DNA of 64,000 nt from Lama guanicoe. Taxonomy: Eukaryota. The notes under the pieces are model-generated. The model was not told where the DNA came from, ran no database searches, and was given only the letters and a program-made list of their open reading frames with translations. Below, in pieces: positions 28,069 through 41,189 of the stretch (positions are counted from its first letter, which is position 1; each line of letters opens with the position of its first letter). The stretch covers positions 6,674,724 through 6,738,723 of the forward strand of contig MU054338.1 in assembly GCA_013239625.1 (NCBI GenBank), given 5' to 3'. The translations under genes and the position numbers were made by a program.

Positions 28069-31000
28069 CGTTATTCTGAGTGCTTTCTGTATGCCAGGCA
28101 TCTCTCTAGGGACTCAAAAAAAGACTTAGTTGCTGGCCTCTGTCACTCACTTTCTACCATGGAAGCAGACAGAAAACAAGAAATACAATCATAATGTCTC
28201 AAATTGGCAAGTGCTGTGAATATAATAAAAGATGCTGTGATAGAAAGGACCTGAGGAAGGCAGCTAGGGTAGCCTGGTGGTCAGAGGAGGCCCCTTTGAG
28301 CAATTGATCTCCAAACTGAAACCTGAAACATGGGACAGTCATTCCAGGATTTGTGAGAAGGGCATGCCAGGTGGAGAATCAGAAGAGGCAAAAGCTGTGA
28401 GGTAGAAATGGGGATGACATAGCCGAGGCCAGTGTGATTGGAGTAGAGTGACCCTGGGCGAGAGTGGGAGGAGGTGAGGTGGGCAGGGGCCAGGCCGTTT
28501 TGGGCAGTGGGGAGCCATGGAAGAATTTGGAGCTGAGGAGTGGCATGTTGGCATTGTACATTATAAGGCTCTCCCTGGCTGCTGCGTGTAGGGGACAACT
28601 GTAAGAGACAACTGAAGGGAAACTAAGCCTAGGGTGCTGCCCTAGGGCAAGAGGCCGGGGGACAGAGCGCACTTAGGGGAACAGTAACCACAGGACCTGC
28701 CTCAGTGGAACTTGAAGGAGGGGCTCCTAAAAGTCACTAAGGCTTCCCCCTGCCTTCCTCTCTCCTACTCTCCACCTGAACAGTCTTGGTCTGTCTCACT
28801 TCTCTTCCCTCCAACTTCTGTCACTTGTCCCTCCTGCTCCCTTTCAGGCTTGGCCATTCCTCAGTTCTGAGCCCAGTGACCTCTTACTGAGCCTCTGGGA
28901 GGGAGGCAGGACTGCCTTTGCTGGAAGTGAACAGGAGACAGGCCCTGTGTCAGCCAGGCCTGGGAGCCTGACACCAGAGGGGAAGCAGGCAAGGCCTGTA
29001 TTTGCCAGGGGGTGGCTCTTCTGCCAGCTCCAACCTCTGGACCCTGCTTCCTCTTTCTGGGAAGCCTGAATCTGCCTTAAGCAAGCTCCTAGTGGAGAAG
29101 ATGAGAAGAGACAGGCATTGTGGGCATCAGTTTCTCCCTCTCTAACTAGGAGAGCCGCTCCTCCTTCTGAGGCTGCCCAAAGTGAAGGTCTTCCCCCCAG
29201 GGAAGAAGACAGACTTTTTTGGTCAGTCCCTGGGATTCGAGGGCTGAAACCATTTATTTCTCTAGGAAGTGGCCATAAATCTTTCTCTTGGCTGCCAGAC
29301 TGGAGAGGGGTCTAAGGGGCGGCGGGGGGGGCGGGGGGAGCGGCAGCCATGCGACACACCCAGCGCTTCTCCCAGCAAGGGTGCTTCCCAGACCTGCAAT
29401 GGGTCCTTGATTTTCAATTATGATCCCCAGGAGGGGCCCAGAAGGCCAGGGCAGCCTGGGGGCGTCTGGTTGGGGTGATCCAGCGGTCAGGCCGTGGTTC
29501 GAACTCTCCCCAGGGACATCCACACAGCCTTAACAATGTCCTTGGAAAGAAGTGAGTTCCAACAGCCTGTAAAAGACCAGATCAGTAAGGCTAGCCGTAG
29601 AGCGCCCCCAACTGGGCCAATCAAATGTCGAGGGTCGAAAGCTCAGGCCAATAGGCGAATTGCTCAATGCCCTGGGATTGAAAATGATCCAATCAGGGTG
29701 TGGACAGTTTGTAGCCCGACGGCCCGTCTGGTAAGGCCGAGGCCTGGGCCAAACCGGTTGCAGCGGGCAGAGGGCATTGGGGCACCCAGGGCCCCGTCCG
29801 GCAGGGGAACAAGGGGCCTCTGTGTGGCGATCTGGGCGGGGCGGCTGTCTCAGGGGATGTGCACAAGCCCTTCTCTGTTCCCAAACTAGGACGGATGTCC
29901 CTTCGCCCAGGGGGAGCAGCTGCCTCTATCAGGCCAGGGGCCAGGGCGCCCCTCCAAGGGGGCATCTGGGATGGAGATGGTTAGGCTACCCTGGAAGCCC
30001 CTCGTCACTCCCAGGCTCACTGGGAACCGGCCTAACCAGACTTTTCTGGAACAGTGCTCCTGGTGTGCACGTGGTCCTTGCCAGGAGTGTTTCCAGGGAC
30101 CTGGGGAAGGCTCCCCTTGTGCCCTCGTAAAGGCAGACACTGCACTGGTTCCTCCGAGACCCCAGCCCCCACCCGCCCGCCTCCCAAACTGAGGGGAGGC
30201 CATGATGTGTGTCTCTCACCCTCTCTGCCCACGCGCTTTTTCTTGCCCTTCCCCCCACGGCTCAGTTTTCCTTGAGAGGGGGGTGACTCAGGCTTTCATG
30301 GAAGCAAATACGGTTCCCCCTCCCCGCGGGGCTGCACGCCCCCTCACTGCTCACATGACCTCACACAGCTGCCCCATCCTCCCGCAGCCAGGACCTCCCA
30401 GATGGTCTCCTGTGGCTCCCCCATTCCCATCACCCCCTCTCAGCCTTCCCCACACCGGATGTGCCTGGGGAGCAAGGACTCCACCCTGTTTGTTCCAAGG
30501 GCCTCACATCTGGATTTCATCCTGGCTGGGGAGGGGGGTTGCCAGCGCCCTGCCCACCCAACTAGGACCCTCTGTCCCAGGGCAGGGCTGGATGGTGCTG
30601 ATGAGAACAGGCTGCTGGGAATCTTGCCCGGCTAACATTTCCCAAGAGATTGGGCAGAGGGCACCTAGTCCCAAGCCGTGTGTATGGCAGGAAGAGGGGA
30701 GCTAATATTAGCTAATATTTATTGAGTGCTTGCTCTGTGCTAAGTGTGCCTCATGCATCATTCAACAGGATTTTCCCATCACCCCTATGAAGTGAGCTTT
30801 CTTCTCTCCATTGCACAGGTGAGGCTGTTGAGGCCGAGAGACCAAGTGTCTAATGACTTGGCCCAAGATCCCACAGCATGTCAGAGGTGGAGTGGGGCTG
30901 AACCCTGTATTGCCTGCAAGGTCTATGTCCTTGAAGATGACGTAACCTCTGTGATGCTCAAACCTGTCTCCCCAAGACCTTATCTTGGGAACACCTATGG

Positions 31001-31549
31001 CCTCAAGGCTTAGACCCAGCCTGAAATTCAGGGCAGTAGGTGGTAATGAACAGGGGATGGTACTATCAGCGGCGAGCATCTTGCTGACCCAGGTTGGCAG
31101 GCAGCATGAGGCCCCAGGCTCCAGTGTATTCGAGAAAAGAGACAGGCCCTCCAGGTCCTGGCCAAGACTCCCTCGCTGGGTAGGTGGATAGGGCTTCCGG
31201 AAATCCACTTTTGTTTCTCATGCTCTTTGCGGGGAGCTTCTGTTCCTCTGAAAGACAGTGTAGCCTCGAGGATACAGAGGCTTTGGAGCGGGTCTCTGAG
31301 GCTCTGCCACTTTACTAGCATTGAGGCTTTGGGAGAGTAAATTGACCTCTCTGGGTTTCCCCTTTGTAAAGCAGAGACGATGATAATTCTGACCATGTGG
31401 CCACTCAGCAGGGACAGGGCTGAGACTAGAACTACAGCCATCCAGAGTCAGGCCAGGCAGCAGCCACAGCACTGACCTGTCTGTCTGTCTGTCTTTTCTC
31501 TCTGCAGCTCTGACAGCCCCATGGCCCCAGCTGGCCACTGAGCCCCACC

Positions 31550-32608
31550 ATGGGCAACCTGTACTCAGAGTACCTAAGCCCCAGCAAGGTTCGGGAACAC
31601 TATAATCACACCAAGGAGACGCTGGACACGCGGGAGACTCCCTCCCGCCAGGTGGCCTCAGCCCTCATCATCATCCTCTGCTGCGCCATCGTGGTGGAGA
31701 ACCTGCTGGTACTCATCGCAGTCGCGCGCAACAGCAAGTTCCACTCGGCCATGTACCTGTTCCTGGGCAACCTGGCTGCCTCAGACCTGCTGGCGGGTGC
31801 GGCCTTCATCGCCAATACCTTGCTCTCTGGCCGTTTCACGTTCGGGCTGACACCTGTGCAGTGGTTCGCCCGCGAGGGCTCGGCCTTCATCACGCTCTCT
31901 GCCTCTGTCTTCAGCCTCCTGGCCATAGCCATCGAGCGGCACGTGGCGATTGCCAAGGTCAAGCTCTACGGCAGCGACAAGAGCTGCCGCATGCTGCTGC
32001 TCATCGCGGCCTCGTGGCTCATCTCGCTGGTTCTCGGCGGCCTGCCCATCCTGGGCTGGAATTGCCTGGGCCACCTGGAGGCTTGCTCCACTGTTCTGCC
32101 GCTCTACGCCAAGCCCTACGTGCTCTGCGTGGTAAGCATCTTCTCTGTCATCTTATTGGCCATTGTAGCTCTATACATCCGCATCTACTGCGTGGTGCGC
32201 TCCAGCCAGGCCGATGTGGCTGGCCCGCAGACGCTGGCCCTGCTCAAGACAGTCACCTTCGTGCTGGGTGTCTTCATTGTCTGCTGGCTGCCCGCCTTTA
32301 GCATCCTCCTCCTGGACTATGCCTGTCCTGTCCGGGCCTGCCCTGTCCTCTACAAGGCCCACTACTTCTTTGCCTTTGCCACCCTCAACTCGCTGCTCAA
32401 CCCTGTCATCTACACGTGGCGCAGCCGGGACCTGCGGCGGGAGGTGTTACGGCCACTGCAGTGCTGGCGCCGGGCGGCAGGGGTGCAGGGACGGCGGGAC
32501 GGGACCCCGGGCCACCGCCTCCTGCCCCTCCGCAGCTCCAGCTCACTGGAGAGGGGCACGCACATGCCCACGTCGCCCACATCTTTGGAGGGCAACACGG
32601 TGGTCTGA
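31550..32608 (+). CDS. S1PR2: Sphingosine 1-phosphate receptor 2 (EDG5), 352 aa, single coding exon
   Basis: Kozak context ccaccATGG; 7TM GPCR with MGNLYSEYL, NHT sequon, FAREG, AIERH, CWLP, NPVIY and C-terminal EGNTVV. Confidence 0.99.
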   Translation: MGNLYSEYLSPSKVREHYNHTKETLDTRETPSRQVASALIIILCCAIVVENLLVLIAVARNSKFHSAMYLFLGNLAASDLLAGAAFIANTLLSGRFTFGLTPVQWFAREGSAFITLSASVFSLLAIAIERHVAIAKVKLYGSDKSCRMLLLIAASWLISLVLGGLPILGWNCLGHLEACSTVLPLYAKPYVLCVVSIFSVILLAIVALYIRIYCVVRSSQADVAGPQTLALLKTVTFVLGVFIVCWLPAFSILLLDYACPVRACPVLYKAHYFFAFATLNSLLNPVIYTWRSRDLRREVLRPLQCWRRAAGVQGRRDGTPGHRLLPLRSSSSLERGTHMPTSPTSLEGNTVV

Positions 32609-33649
32609 GGGGCAAGTGGGCCAACAACCAGGCCACAGCAAAGGGCTCTGTGGAGAAGTGCCAGGTGACCTGGGAGAGAGACTTGGGGCTGCCAAGCAAG
32701 ATGCCCCCATTCCAGAGACTTGGGTGATGTTGAAGATATTTCACGTCTGGGACGGCCGACTGAGGCACTGACCAGTTGGATGGCAGAGCTGTGGCAGGGG
32801 CCTGGAGGCCAGCACAGTGGCCAGCGTGACCTCCTCGGAACTGGATCATGAGGACGAGGCGGGAGGCTGGGGGGACCTGGAAAGGGCCCAGGTGACAGCA
32901 GACAGGTGCTCAAGAGGAGCACAGCACAGGAGCAATTTACAACCCGGTACAAAGGATTTCAACATTTCACAACTGTCTGATATTCTGCCCTGTGCCTGAG
33001 TCACCTCTCAGACTTCACCCCACCTTGCCACCTTTTGGCAACCTCAGGCGACTTCCCTGGAACCACTGTCCTCAGGGGCTGGAGGCCTCCTCTCTGACTG
33101 TTCTGGGTAGCCCCGCCTAGCGGTTCCTGGGCACAAATCCACAGCTTCCCTAAATTTCACCAGCTGCCACTTTGGCGACTTCTTCCCTTTCTTCCCATTC
33201 TGCTAGATGCCAGGAAACCACGTAGGGGTGGGAGGCTAAACCCCATTCTCAGACCTCATTGGCCAGTTGCACTATTTGGGGCACAGAGGGATCACCAAGG
33301 GCTGAAAAAACCGGTTTGGGGGCCTGAGGAGGGCTCTGGGCCTCCTGGTGGGGCAGGGTGGAACTTGAGAAAATTCTGGAGGAGCTGTTGGTACAGGACC
33401 CTCTACCTCCCCCCAAAAAAACAAGCACCCCCAAGCTAACTCCCACCTCCAGCCCCAGCCGAGGTATCAGATCTCCTAAGGCAGGGCAGCCTTGAGCCCG
33501 CTGTGCCTCCTTTCCAATTGTATTGAACAGAGCGTGGGGGTGAGGATGCCAAGGACAACTGGGGGATGCTCTCTTTTAACCTGCTCCAGAAGGACTTTGC
33601 TAAATTCTGTGGATAGATGGAAGGGACATTGCGGTACAAATGTATATTT

Positions 33650-33681
33650 ATGTGTGTCAGTGTCTGTACATGTCTGTGTAT

Positions 33682-33724
<43 letters not shown>
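33650..33724. repeat. (TG)n microsatellite in the S1PR2 3' UTR
   Basis: Imperfect TG tract ending in a perfect TG run. Confidence 0.9.
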
Positions 33725-33731
<7 letters not shown>

Positions 33732-34035
33732 TCCCCTCTCCTCACCACGTTTCCCCAGAATGGATGCTTTTTTTGTCTCCTCGTGTCTGTGTTGAAGCTG
33801 CCAAAGAGGGGTCTGGCCCTGGACAGACCCCTTTGTGATTGCTGGCTTAGCTCCCCCCTTGAGAGCTGAAGTGCAGCTCACCTTGGGGAGGAAAAACCTC
33901 ATGCCTCAAAGTGATTTCTTGTGACTGCAAAGGCTGGGGGAGGGGGTCTTTGGGGGGCAAGGAGCCACTTGAGGGCTTGTCTCCCCTCATACAGCTCCCC
34001 GGATGCCCCTCATGCCCGAGACCCAGGCCCAGGCC

Positions 34036-34041
34036 AATAAA
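34036..34041 (+). terminator. S1PR2: Probable S1PR2 polyadenylation signal
   Basis: AATAAA followed by a T/GT-rich tract (ttctttttctggtgattgtctttt), about 1.4 kb after the stop codon. Confidence 0.7.
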
Positions 34042-36164
34042 CGGTTGAACTTCTTTTTCTGGTGATTGTCTTTTTAGGCTTAAGGTGGCTGTTCCCCAAG
34101 GAGCACCCCTGGCTGGGGGTGGATGGGACAGGAGAGGGTGGCTGCTAGCCAGACAGCTCATCCTTTGCCACCCTTCCTAGTCCATGCCCTCATCCCCAGC
34201 CCTGCCAGAGCCAAGGTTGCAGTGGCTTCTGAGAAAATAGTAAATGCCAATTTCTCCCTAGGGTAATTGTCTGGCCCCTCCCAGGGGTTAATTAGGCCCA
34301 GGGACTCCCTGCTTTCCTTCTTAGAGAGAACCTGACAGGTGGTGGGGACCCCCTTCTTCGTTCCAAGAACACGTCCCTCCCAGGGAGCTGGAGAGATGGT
34401 CTTGGGAAACACAGGCCCAGATATCCCTCTAAAGCTCAGGATTCCCCAAAGGAATGGTCGGACTTCATCACGCACTTTTCAGGCTTGAAGACAAACAGGA
34501 GGTGGGAATTTTTAGAAACTTCTTTTACGGAGATGTGGGTTCAGAGAAGTTAAGTGAGCTGCTCAGGGCCACACAGCCAGTTGGGGCAGTGCCTGTTCAG
34601 CTCTGAACTCAGGCAGGCTGACTCTTGATCCCACCAGCTCCACCACTGAGCCAGAGAAAGGATCCTCACCCACCTCTTTGCCTTGGAAGGAGTGGCCAGC
34701 CCCACCCAGCCCCATCGGGAACCAGGAGATGCCCAGCTGGGATGCAGCTAACAGGTGGGTCCCTAGCTCAACTCTAGGGTAACACTTCCTCCTTTGCCCA
34801 CAGTCACAGGACCCAGTGGCTCCTTTGAAGATAGAGCTTTGATGGGGAAGCCAGGCCCTCAAGCTGACGCTCCACCCAACAAAGCCAGGGCAGCCAGTGG
34901 GAGAGAAGGAGTGGGGCAGACAGCAGCCCAGGGCTGAGGCCTGCACCCCACATCGGAATTCCCCTTCCTGTAGCAGTTCAGAGACAACCTCTGTTTGGAA
35001 ATCTGAGCCCTGAGCTGGGGTTAGGAGGAGGAAGAGGTACAGGCCAGACCAGGCCAGAGTCAACAGATTTCTCCCAAATACCCACGTGCTTCCTTCACCT
35101 CCTCCTTCAGGCCTCTGCTCAAACGCCACCTCCTCAGAGAAGCCTGCCCTGACTACCTTCTTCCCTCTCTCTAGCTCCTCACCTGCTTATCACCTAGCAG
35201 TGCAATATAGATTGATTTATATCTCCCCTAATTAAAATAAAAGCACAAGGTAGGACAGCATCTTATTCACCACTGTCTCTGGCATCTTTCATCATACTCA
35301 GCATGTTCCCATTGAAGGGCCTTTGCACCTGCTCTTCCCTCTGCCTGGAATGATCTTCCTCCAGACATCTTTGTGATTCTCCTCCTTCAGGTCTGTATAC
35401 AAATATCACACCCTGGGTGAGGCCTCTGGTTATGCCCTGCAGGCATTAAAAAAAATTTCTCCCTCTTTCCTGGCTACATGCAACACATTTTGTTTCTTTA
35501 TCTTGTTTGTTTTCTATTTCCCCCTTGAGAATGTCAGTCCCATGACAGCAGGCATTTTTGTCTGTCTTATTCACTCCTTGGCCCCAGGGCTCAGAACAGT
35601 GGCCATCATGAAGGAGATGCTCAATAAATGCCGAAAGAAAGTCAAAGCAAATGAGAGTGTTAAGTGCTGTGAAGAGAGTAAAATAGAGAAAGCAACAGTT
35701 TTGGGGTACTGTGGTCTGCAGAGAAGGCAGTATCATTGGCACTCTGACAAGGAAGGAAACCGAGGCACAGAGAGATCAAGTTAACATGCCCAAGGTTGTG
35801 TAGTATGTGAGTGAAAGGGGCCTGGATTTGAACCCGGGCAATCCTTGACTGAAGGCTGCAATCATATCTGATCCTTTCCTAGTCTGAACAGCTACTTTGC
35901 TAATATCTCTCAAACCTCGGAGCCTAGAGTGGAATAGCCCAACCTGTAGGGATGTGAGATGGCTTTCCCCTCCTTTTTCCCTGCAGAGGCGGTTGGCTAT
36001 TAGGGAGCATCAGAATCACCTGGAAGAACCTGTTGAAATGCCACAGTGATGCTGACTGAGTAGGTCCCCACTGAACTTAGCAATGCGTATTTTTTGCCAA
36101 GCCCCAATGATGTTAGAAAAAAAATCTTTTTTTTTAATTAAAAAGAAAACCCCTCTCTTCTGTT

Positions 36165-36392
36165 TTTTTGGGGGTAATTAGGTTTGTTTATTTATTTAGT
36201 TACTTATTTATTAAGTTCTTTCTTAAAATTAAAAAAATTTTTTGACATATAGTCAGTTTACAATGTTGCGTTAATTTCTGGTGTTGTTTATTTATTTATT
36301 ATTATTGTTTGTTAATGGAGGTTCTGGAGATTGAACCCAGGACCTCATGCACGCTAAGCATGTGCTCTATCACTGACCTGTATACCTTCCTC
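36165..36392 (-). mobile_element. tRNA-Ala-derived SINE (Vic-1-like) with a short L1 tail nested in it
   Basis: Reverse complement of a tRNA-like head (A and B boxes, CTTAGC anticodon loop) plus the TAAACCTAATTACC tail; nested insert flanked by TTGTTTATTTATTTA at 36184 and 36284. Confidence 0.8.
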
Positions 36393-36538
36393 ACTGAAAA
36401 GAATCATGGGACCATCTGCTGAGAAACATTCTAGACTCCATAATCTAGAGCAGCGCTGTCTAGTAGAACTTTCTGTGGCCATTTAGCGTGTTAAAGGTGG
36501 CGAGTGTGAAGCTGAATCTTAACTTTAACTTAAATGTA

Positions 36539-36680
36539 GGGGAAGGATTTACTTCAGTGGTGGAGTGCCTGCTTAGCATGCACGAGGTCCTGGGTTCAAT
36601 CCCTAGTACCTCCATTAAAAAGATAAAAATAAATTAAATAAATAAGCCAAATTACCTCCCCCCAGAAAACTAAATAAATA
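36539..36680 (+). mobile_element. tRNA-Ala-derived SINE (Vic-1-like) inserted in a MER3-like DNA transposon
   Basis: TCAGTGGTGGAGTGCCTGCTTAGCATGCACGAGGTCCTGGGTTCAATCCCTAGTACCTCC plus A-rich tail. Confidence 0.85.
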
Positions 36681-39379
36681 GATGTGAATAGCCGCATGTG
36701 GCCATTAGCTACAGTACTGGCAGCATAATTCTAGATTCCATATACCTGGTTTCTGCAGCCTCTGGGCAGCTGAACTCTCTCGGTATTTTACCACCATTTC
36801 AGCAAAAATTCATCTTACCACTTCTCTGATTGTGAATGACATTGTAGCTTCCACATATCATTTCATGATTTTTGAATATTTCTTTTAATAATGATATCAA
36901 GATCAGGCTCAGCTGCTGATGACAAAATGCGATATTAGTAACTTAGAGATATTGATTTCTTTCTTATACATAAGGATTTCAGAGGAAATTTGTCCTGGGT
37001 AAGAAGGATGGATGCCCACATACTAGCAGTCCAGGCTGCTGTCTGCCTTTCTATCTGACTACCTACCTGTCTATTCATATATACATCTACCTGAATAGTC
37101 CTTGTATTTCCTAAGGACAAGGCATTCTCTTATATACCCCCAGTAAAGTTATCAAAATCAGCAAATCTACAAACCTTAATCAGCCTTCACCAATTGTCTT
37201 ATTACCCACCTTTATAGCAGAAAATCCCATCTCACTTGTTGCATTCAGTTGTCTTTTTAGTTTCCTTCAGTCGGAACAATTTCTGAACCTTTCTTTGTCT
37301 TCTGGGACTTTGACGTTTTGGAAAAATATAGGTCAGTAATTTGGTAGGATGTCCTTCAACGTGGGTTTGCCTGATGTTTCCTCCCAATTAAGATTCAGGT
37401 TATGCATCTTGGCAGAAATAATGACAGAAGTGTGTGTCTTTCTCAATTAGTTCCATTACTAGCAATGTTGTCTTTGATCACTTGGAGGTATCTGCCAAGT
37501 TTCTCCACTTGAAAGTAACTATTTCCTCCTTTGAAATTAACTATCTTGTGGGGAGGTACTTTGAGACTCTGTGGGTATTCTGTTCCTCATCAAACTTTTA
37601 CTCATTTAGCATCCGTTTGTCTGAATCAACTATTACTCACTGGGTATTTTTAGGAAAATCAGGGGATATCACACCGTTTCATTTGTAAATACTCCACTTT
37701 TCATCTTAAAATGAAAGCAACACTTTTTTTTAACTTAACCACAATGATCATACTTATCAAAAGTATCAATCTGTTAAAATTTCCCCAACTGTCTCGGCTT
37801 TCTTTTTCTTTAATTGAAGTATCGTTGATTTACAATGTTTTGTTAGTTTCAGGTGTCAGTTTTCTTTTCCGATGTGTTATTTGCTTGAGTCAGAATCCAA
37901 ATGAGGTCTTCATATGGCATTTTTTAAATAAATCTCTGAAGTACTATTTAACAAGTTTGTTTAACCTGGTTAAATTCATTGTTAACCAGGATAAACCTAT
38001 TCAACCTTGTTTAACAAGATTTCCTTCTCCCTATTTCCTTTCCTTTCCTTTCTTTTTATTTAATTCATTTGTTTAAGGAGCCAGGTTATTTGCCCTCCAG
38101 GTTTCCCATAGTTTAAAATTGGCTGATGGCATCCCTCTATGTCATTTAACATGTTCCTTTGTCCCTAAATTCCAGATTGATATTTTGGGCTTCAATTCTT
38201 TGTAGGTGGTGCTGGAAACTTTCACCAGGAGGACATGATGTCTGGCTATCTCTCTTTTACTGATGACTAAGACGGATCAAGGGGTTCACATGCCATCAGC
38301 TGGGTCCTGCCTTTGTCAGTTCCCTATCCAACTGTCCCCTAATGGTTTGATCATCCATGGACTGTTGCCTGGACCTATCATTTCATTAGCCATCTTCAAA
38401 GGGTTTCTAATCCATCTCCCCATCCTCACATTCTGGCCATTTTTCTCATTTGTCTACAAAGCAAATGTACTGCCCCAAATTCAGGGATCCGACATCCACC
38501 TAAATGTCTCATCCAGGAATAGTTAAGTCTGTCACAAAAGAGAAATGAAGTTGTGTGGGTGTGACTCATTGCCAGTGGCATCTGTGGTGTAAGTTTTAAT
38601 AGCACATACTCTAAAACAAAAAATCAGATTTGAATCTCAAACCCAACACCTGACAACACAAGTAGACTTTTGGCAAACCACCTGACTGGTCTCAGCATGT
38701 TTCATCGTCTGTAAAATGGTATGTTAATAATCCCAACCTTGAATACACAATGGTACTGACACTTTGGGAAACAGTTTGGCAGTTTCTTAGAAAAGCAAGC
38801 AGAAACTTACTATGCGACCCAGAAATTTGACTCCAGGTATCTACCCAAGAGAAATGAGCACTTATGTCCACACGGAGACGTGTGTGTGAATGCTCATAAT
38901 GGCATTTTTCATAATAGTCCCAAAGTGCAAACAACTCAAATGTCCATCAGCTGATGAATGGCTAAGCAAAATATGGTTCTTCCATACAGTGGAATATAGC
39001 ACAGCAGTTAAAAAGAACAAAATACTGATACACATAATAACATGATGAAACTCAAAACAAATATGCTAGGTGAAAGAAGTCAGATGCAAAATATCACAAA
39101 TTGCATGGTCCATTACGTGTCGTGTCCATAAGAGGCAAACCTACAGAGACAGAAAGTAGAGTCGTGGTTGCCTGGGATTGGAGGCAGGAATGGAATTAAA
39201 TGCAAACAGGTGTGAGGATTCTTATTGGAGTGATGGAAATCTTCTAAAACTGGATTGTGAATGATAGTTGCACAACTTGGCAAATTTTCTAAAAAACATT
39301 GCTTTTCATGCTTAACATGGATGAAAATTTTGTGGCATATCAATTTTACTTCAATAAGTTTATTAAAAAAGAATTCCAA

Positions 39380-39552
39380 GGTGGGGGGTGGTGTATAGCT
39401 CAGTGGTAGAGTACATACTTAGCATACACAAGGTCCTGGGTTCACTCCCCAGTACCTCCATCAAAATAACTAAATAAACCTAATTACCTCCTCCCAAAAA
39501 AACCCCAAAACAAAATAAACCCCACAAACAAAACAAATAAATAAAATATTTT
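39380..39552 (+). mobile_element. tRNA-Ala-derived SINE (Vic-1-like) with a 17-bp TSD
   Basis: TAGCTCAGTGGTAGAG...GGTTCACTCCCCAGTACCTCC; TTAAAAAAGAATTCCAA at 39363-39379 and 39553-39569. Confidence 0.9.
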
Positions 39553-40371
39553 TTAAAAAAGAATTCCAACCTCTCAAAATACATATTGAACATTCTGTTC
39601 TATCTTCAGAGATCTTACATTCTAGTCGGGGAGACAGACCATAAAAGTAAATATATAATACAATGTTAGGAAGTTTCCATTATGGAAAACAGTACGGAGG
39701 TTCCTCAAGATTAAAAATAAAACTATCATATGATCCAGCAACCCCACTTCTAGGTCCATATCCAAAGGAAATGCAACGAGTATCTTGACAAGGTATCAGC
39801 ACTTTCATGTTTATTGCAGCATTATTCACAGTAGTCAAGATATGGAAACAACCTAAGTGTCCATCAATGGAAGAATGAATAAAGAAAACGTGATGCACGT
39901 GTACACATATACACACATGGAATATCATTCAGCCATAAAGAAGGAAATCTTGCCATTTGCAACAGTATGGATGAACTTAGAGAACGTTATGATAAGTGAC
40001 ATAAACCAGTTGCAGAAAGACAAATACTGTATGATCTCATTTACACATGAAATCTTAAAAAGTTGAACTCACGGAAGCAGAGAATAGAAGAGTGGTTACC
40101 TGGGACTGGGGGAAGAGGGAAACGAGGAGATATTGGTTAAAGGGTTCAGACTTTCAATTATGAGATTAATAAGTTCCAAGGGTCTAATATACAGCATGGT
40201 GATTGTAGTTAATAATATTGTACAGTATAGCCAGAGTTTGCTAAGACAGTTCTAACTACACACAAAAAATGGTAACTAAGCAAGGTGATGGTTGTGTTAA
40301 TTAGCTTGATTGTGGTGATCACTTCACAGTTCTTACCTATATCACATCATCATGATGTCCACTTTGGCTTT

Positions 40372-40515
40372 CCTTTTTTTAATTAAAAAAATTTTGGAGG
40401 GGGAGGAGATAATTAAGTTTATTTATTTATTTTTAAGTGGCATTACTGGGGATTGAACCCAGGACCTCGTGCATGCTAAGCATGCACTGTACCACTGAGC
40501 TATACTTACACCCAT
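40372..40515 (-). mobile_element. tRNA-Ala-derived SINE (Vic-1-like) inside an L1 3' end
   Basis: ctggggattgaacccaggacctcgtgcatgctaagcatgcactgtaccactgagctata is the reverse complement of the SINE head. Confidence 0.85.
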
Positions 40516-40847
40516 CCCAACAATATTCACTTTAAATGTATGCAATTTTTATTTGTCAACTATACCTCAAGAAAACTGGGGGAAAATACTTAAACTTTCA
40601 CAAGTTGGGAGTGTGTGAAAAAAAAAATACAGCTACCTGAGCCCTATCGGGGCCCAGAGAATCTGGCTCTAGGGCCTAGGAGTCTGCATTTTCACTCCAC
40701 ATCCCTCCTGATGCAACCCATCCATGACTTACAGTTTTCAAAGTGCTGATGTGGGGCTGGCTATAGGCTGCAAGACATTGCCCAGAGGAAATACGGCTGG
40801 GACAAGGCCACTGCTTTGTCATGTCCATGTTGCTAAATCAGTCCTTC

Positions 40848-41040
40848 TCATCGAGGTTGATTCCACGCCCCCAGGGGACATTTGGCAATGTCTGCAGACA
40901 TTTTTGGTTGTCCTGACTGGGGGTGGGAGTGCTGCTGGTGCTAGCGGGTAGAGGTCAGGGAAGTTGCTAATCAGCCTGCAATGCGAGGGGCAGTCTCTCA
41001 TGACAAAGGCTCCAAGAGTCCCTAGTGCCCAGGTTGAGGA
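40848..41040 (+). mobile_element. MER20-like hAT DNA transposon
   Basis: ccaggggacatttggcaatgtctgcagacatttttggttgtc...; a second copy lies on the minus strand at about 58945-59162. Confidence 0.75.
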
Positions 41041-41189
41041 AGGGTGTGTGCCCTTCTGGTTCCTTCCACCTTGTCGGTTCGTTCAGCTGGGAGAGTGGGG
41101 AAACTTTTAGAGATATCCCCAGTGCCCTGATTGGAGTCTCTCTTTGCCAGGCAGTTGTAATACCTTGGTGATTGCCTTTGGTTAAAGGG

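Larger units (their letters stand above)
38750..40580 (+). mobile_element. Two old L1 3' fragments (L1MB- and L1MA-like) interrupted by SINEs
   Basis: actttgggaaacagtttggcagtttctt..., atgatccagcaaccccacttctagg..., tggaaacaacctaagtgtccatcaatgg. Confidence 0.75.

Noticed and set aside
31606..32952. Antisense and alternative-frame ORFs overlapping S1PR2
   Set aside because: Expected shadows of a GC-rich coding sequence.
36539..36615. tRNA-Ala-like sequences with A and B boxes, here and at six other sites
   Set aside because: Dispersed, diverged copies with a shared tail and TSDs are SINEs, not tRNA genes.
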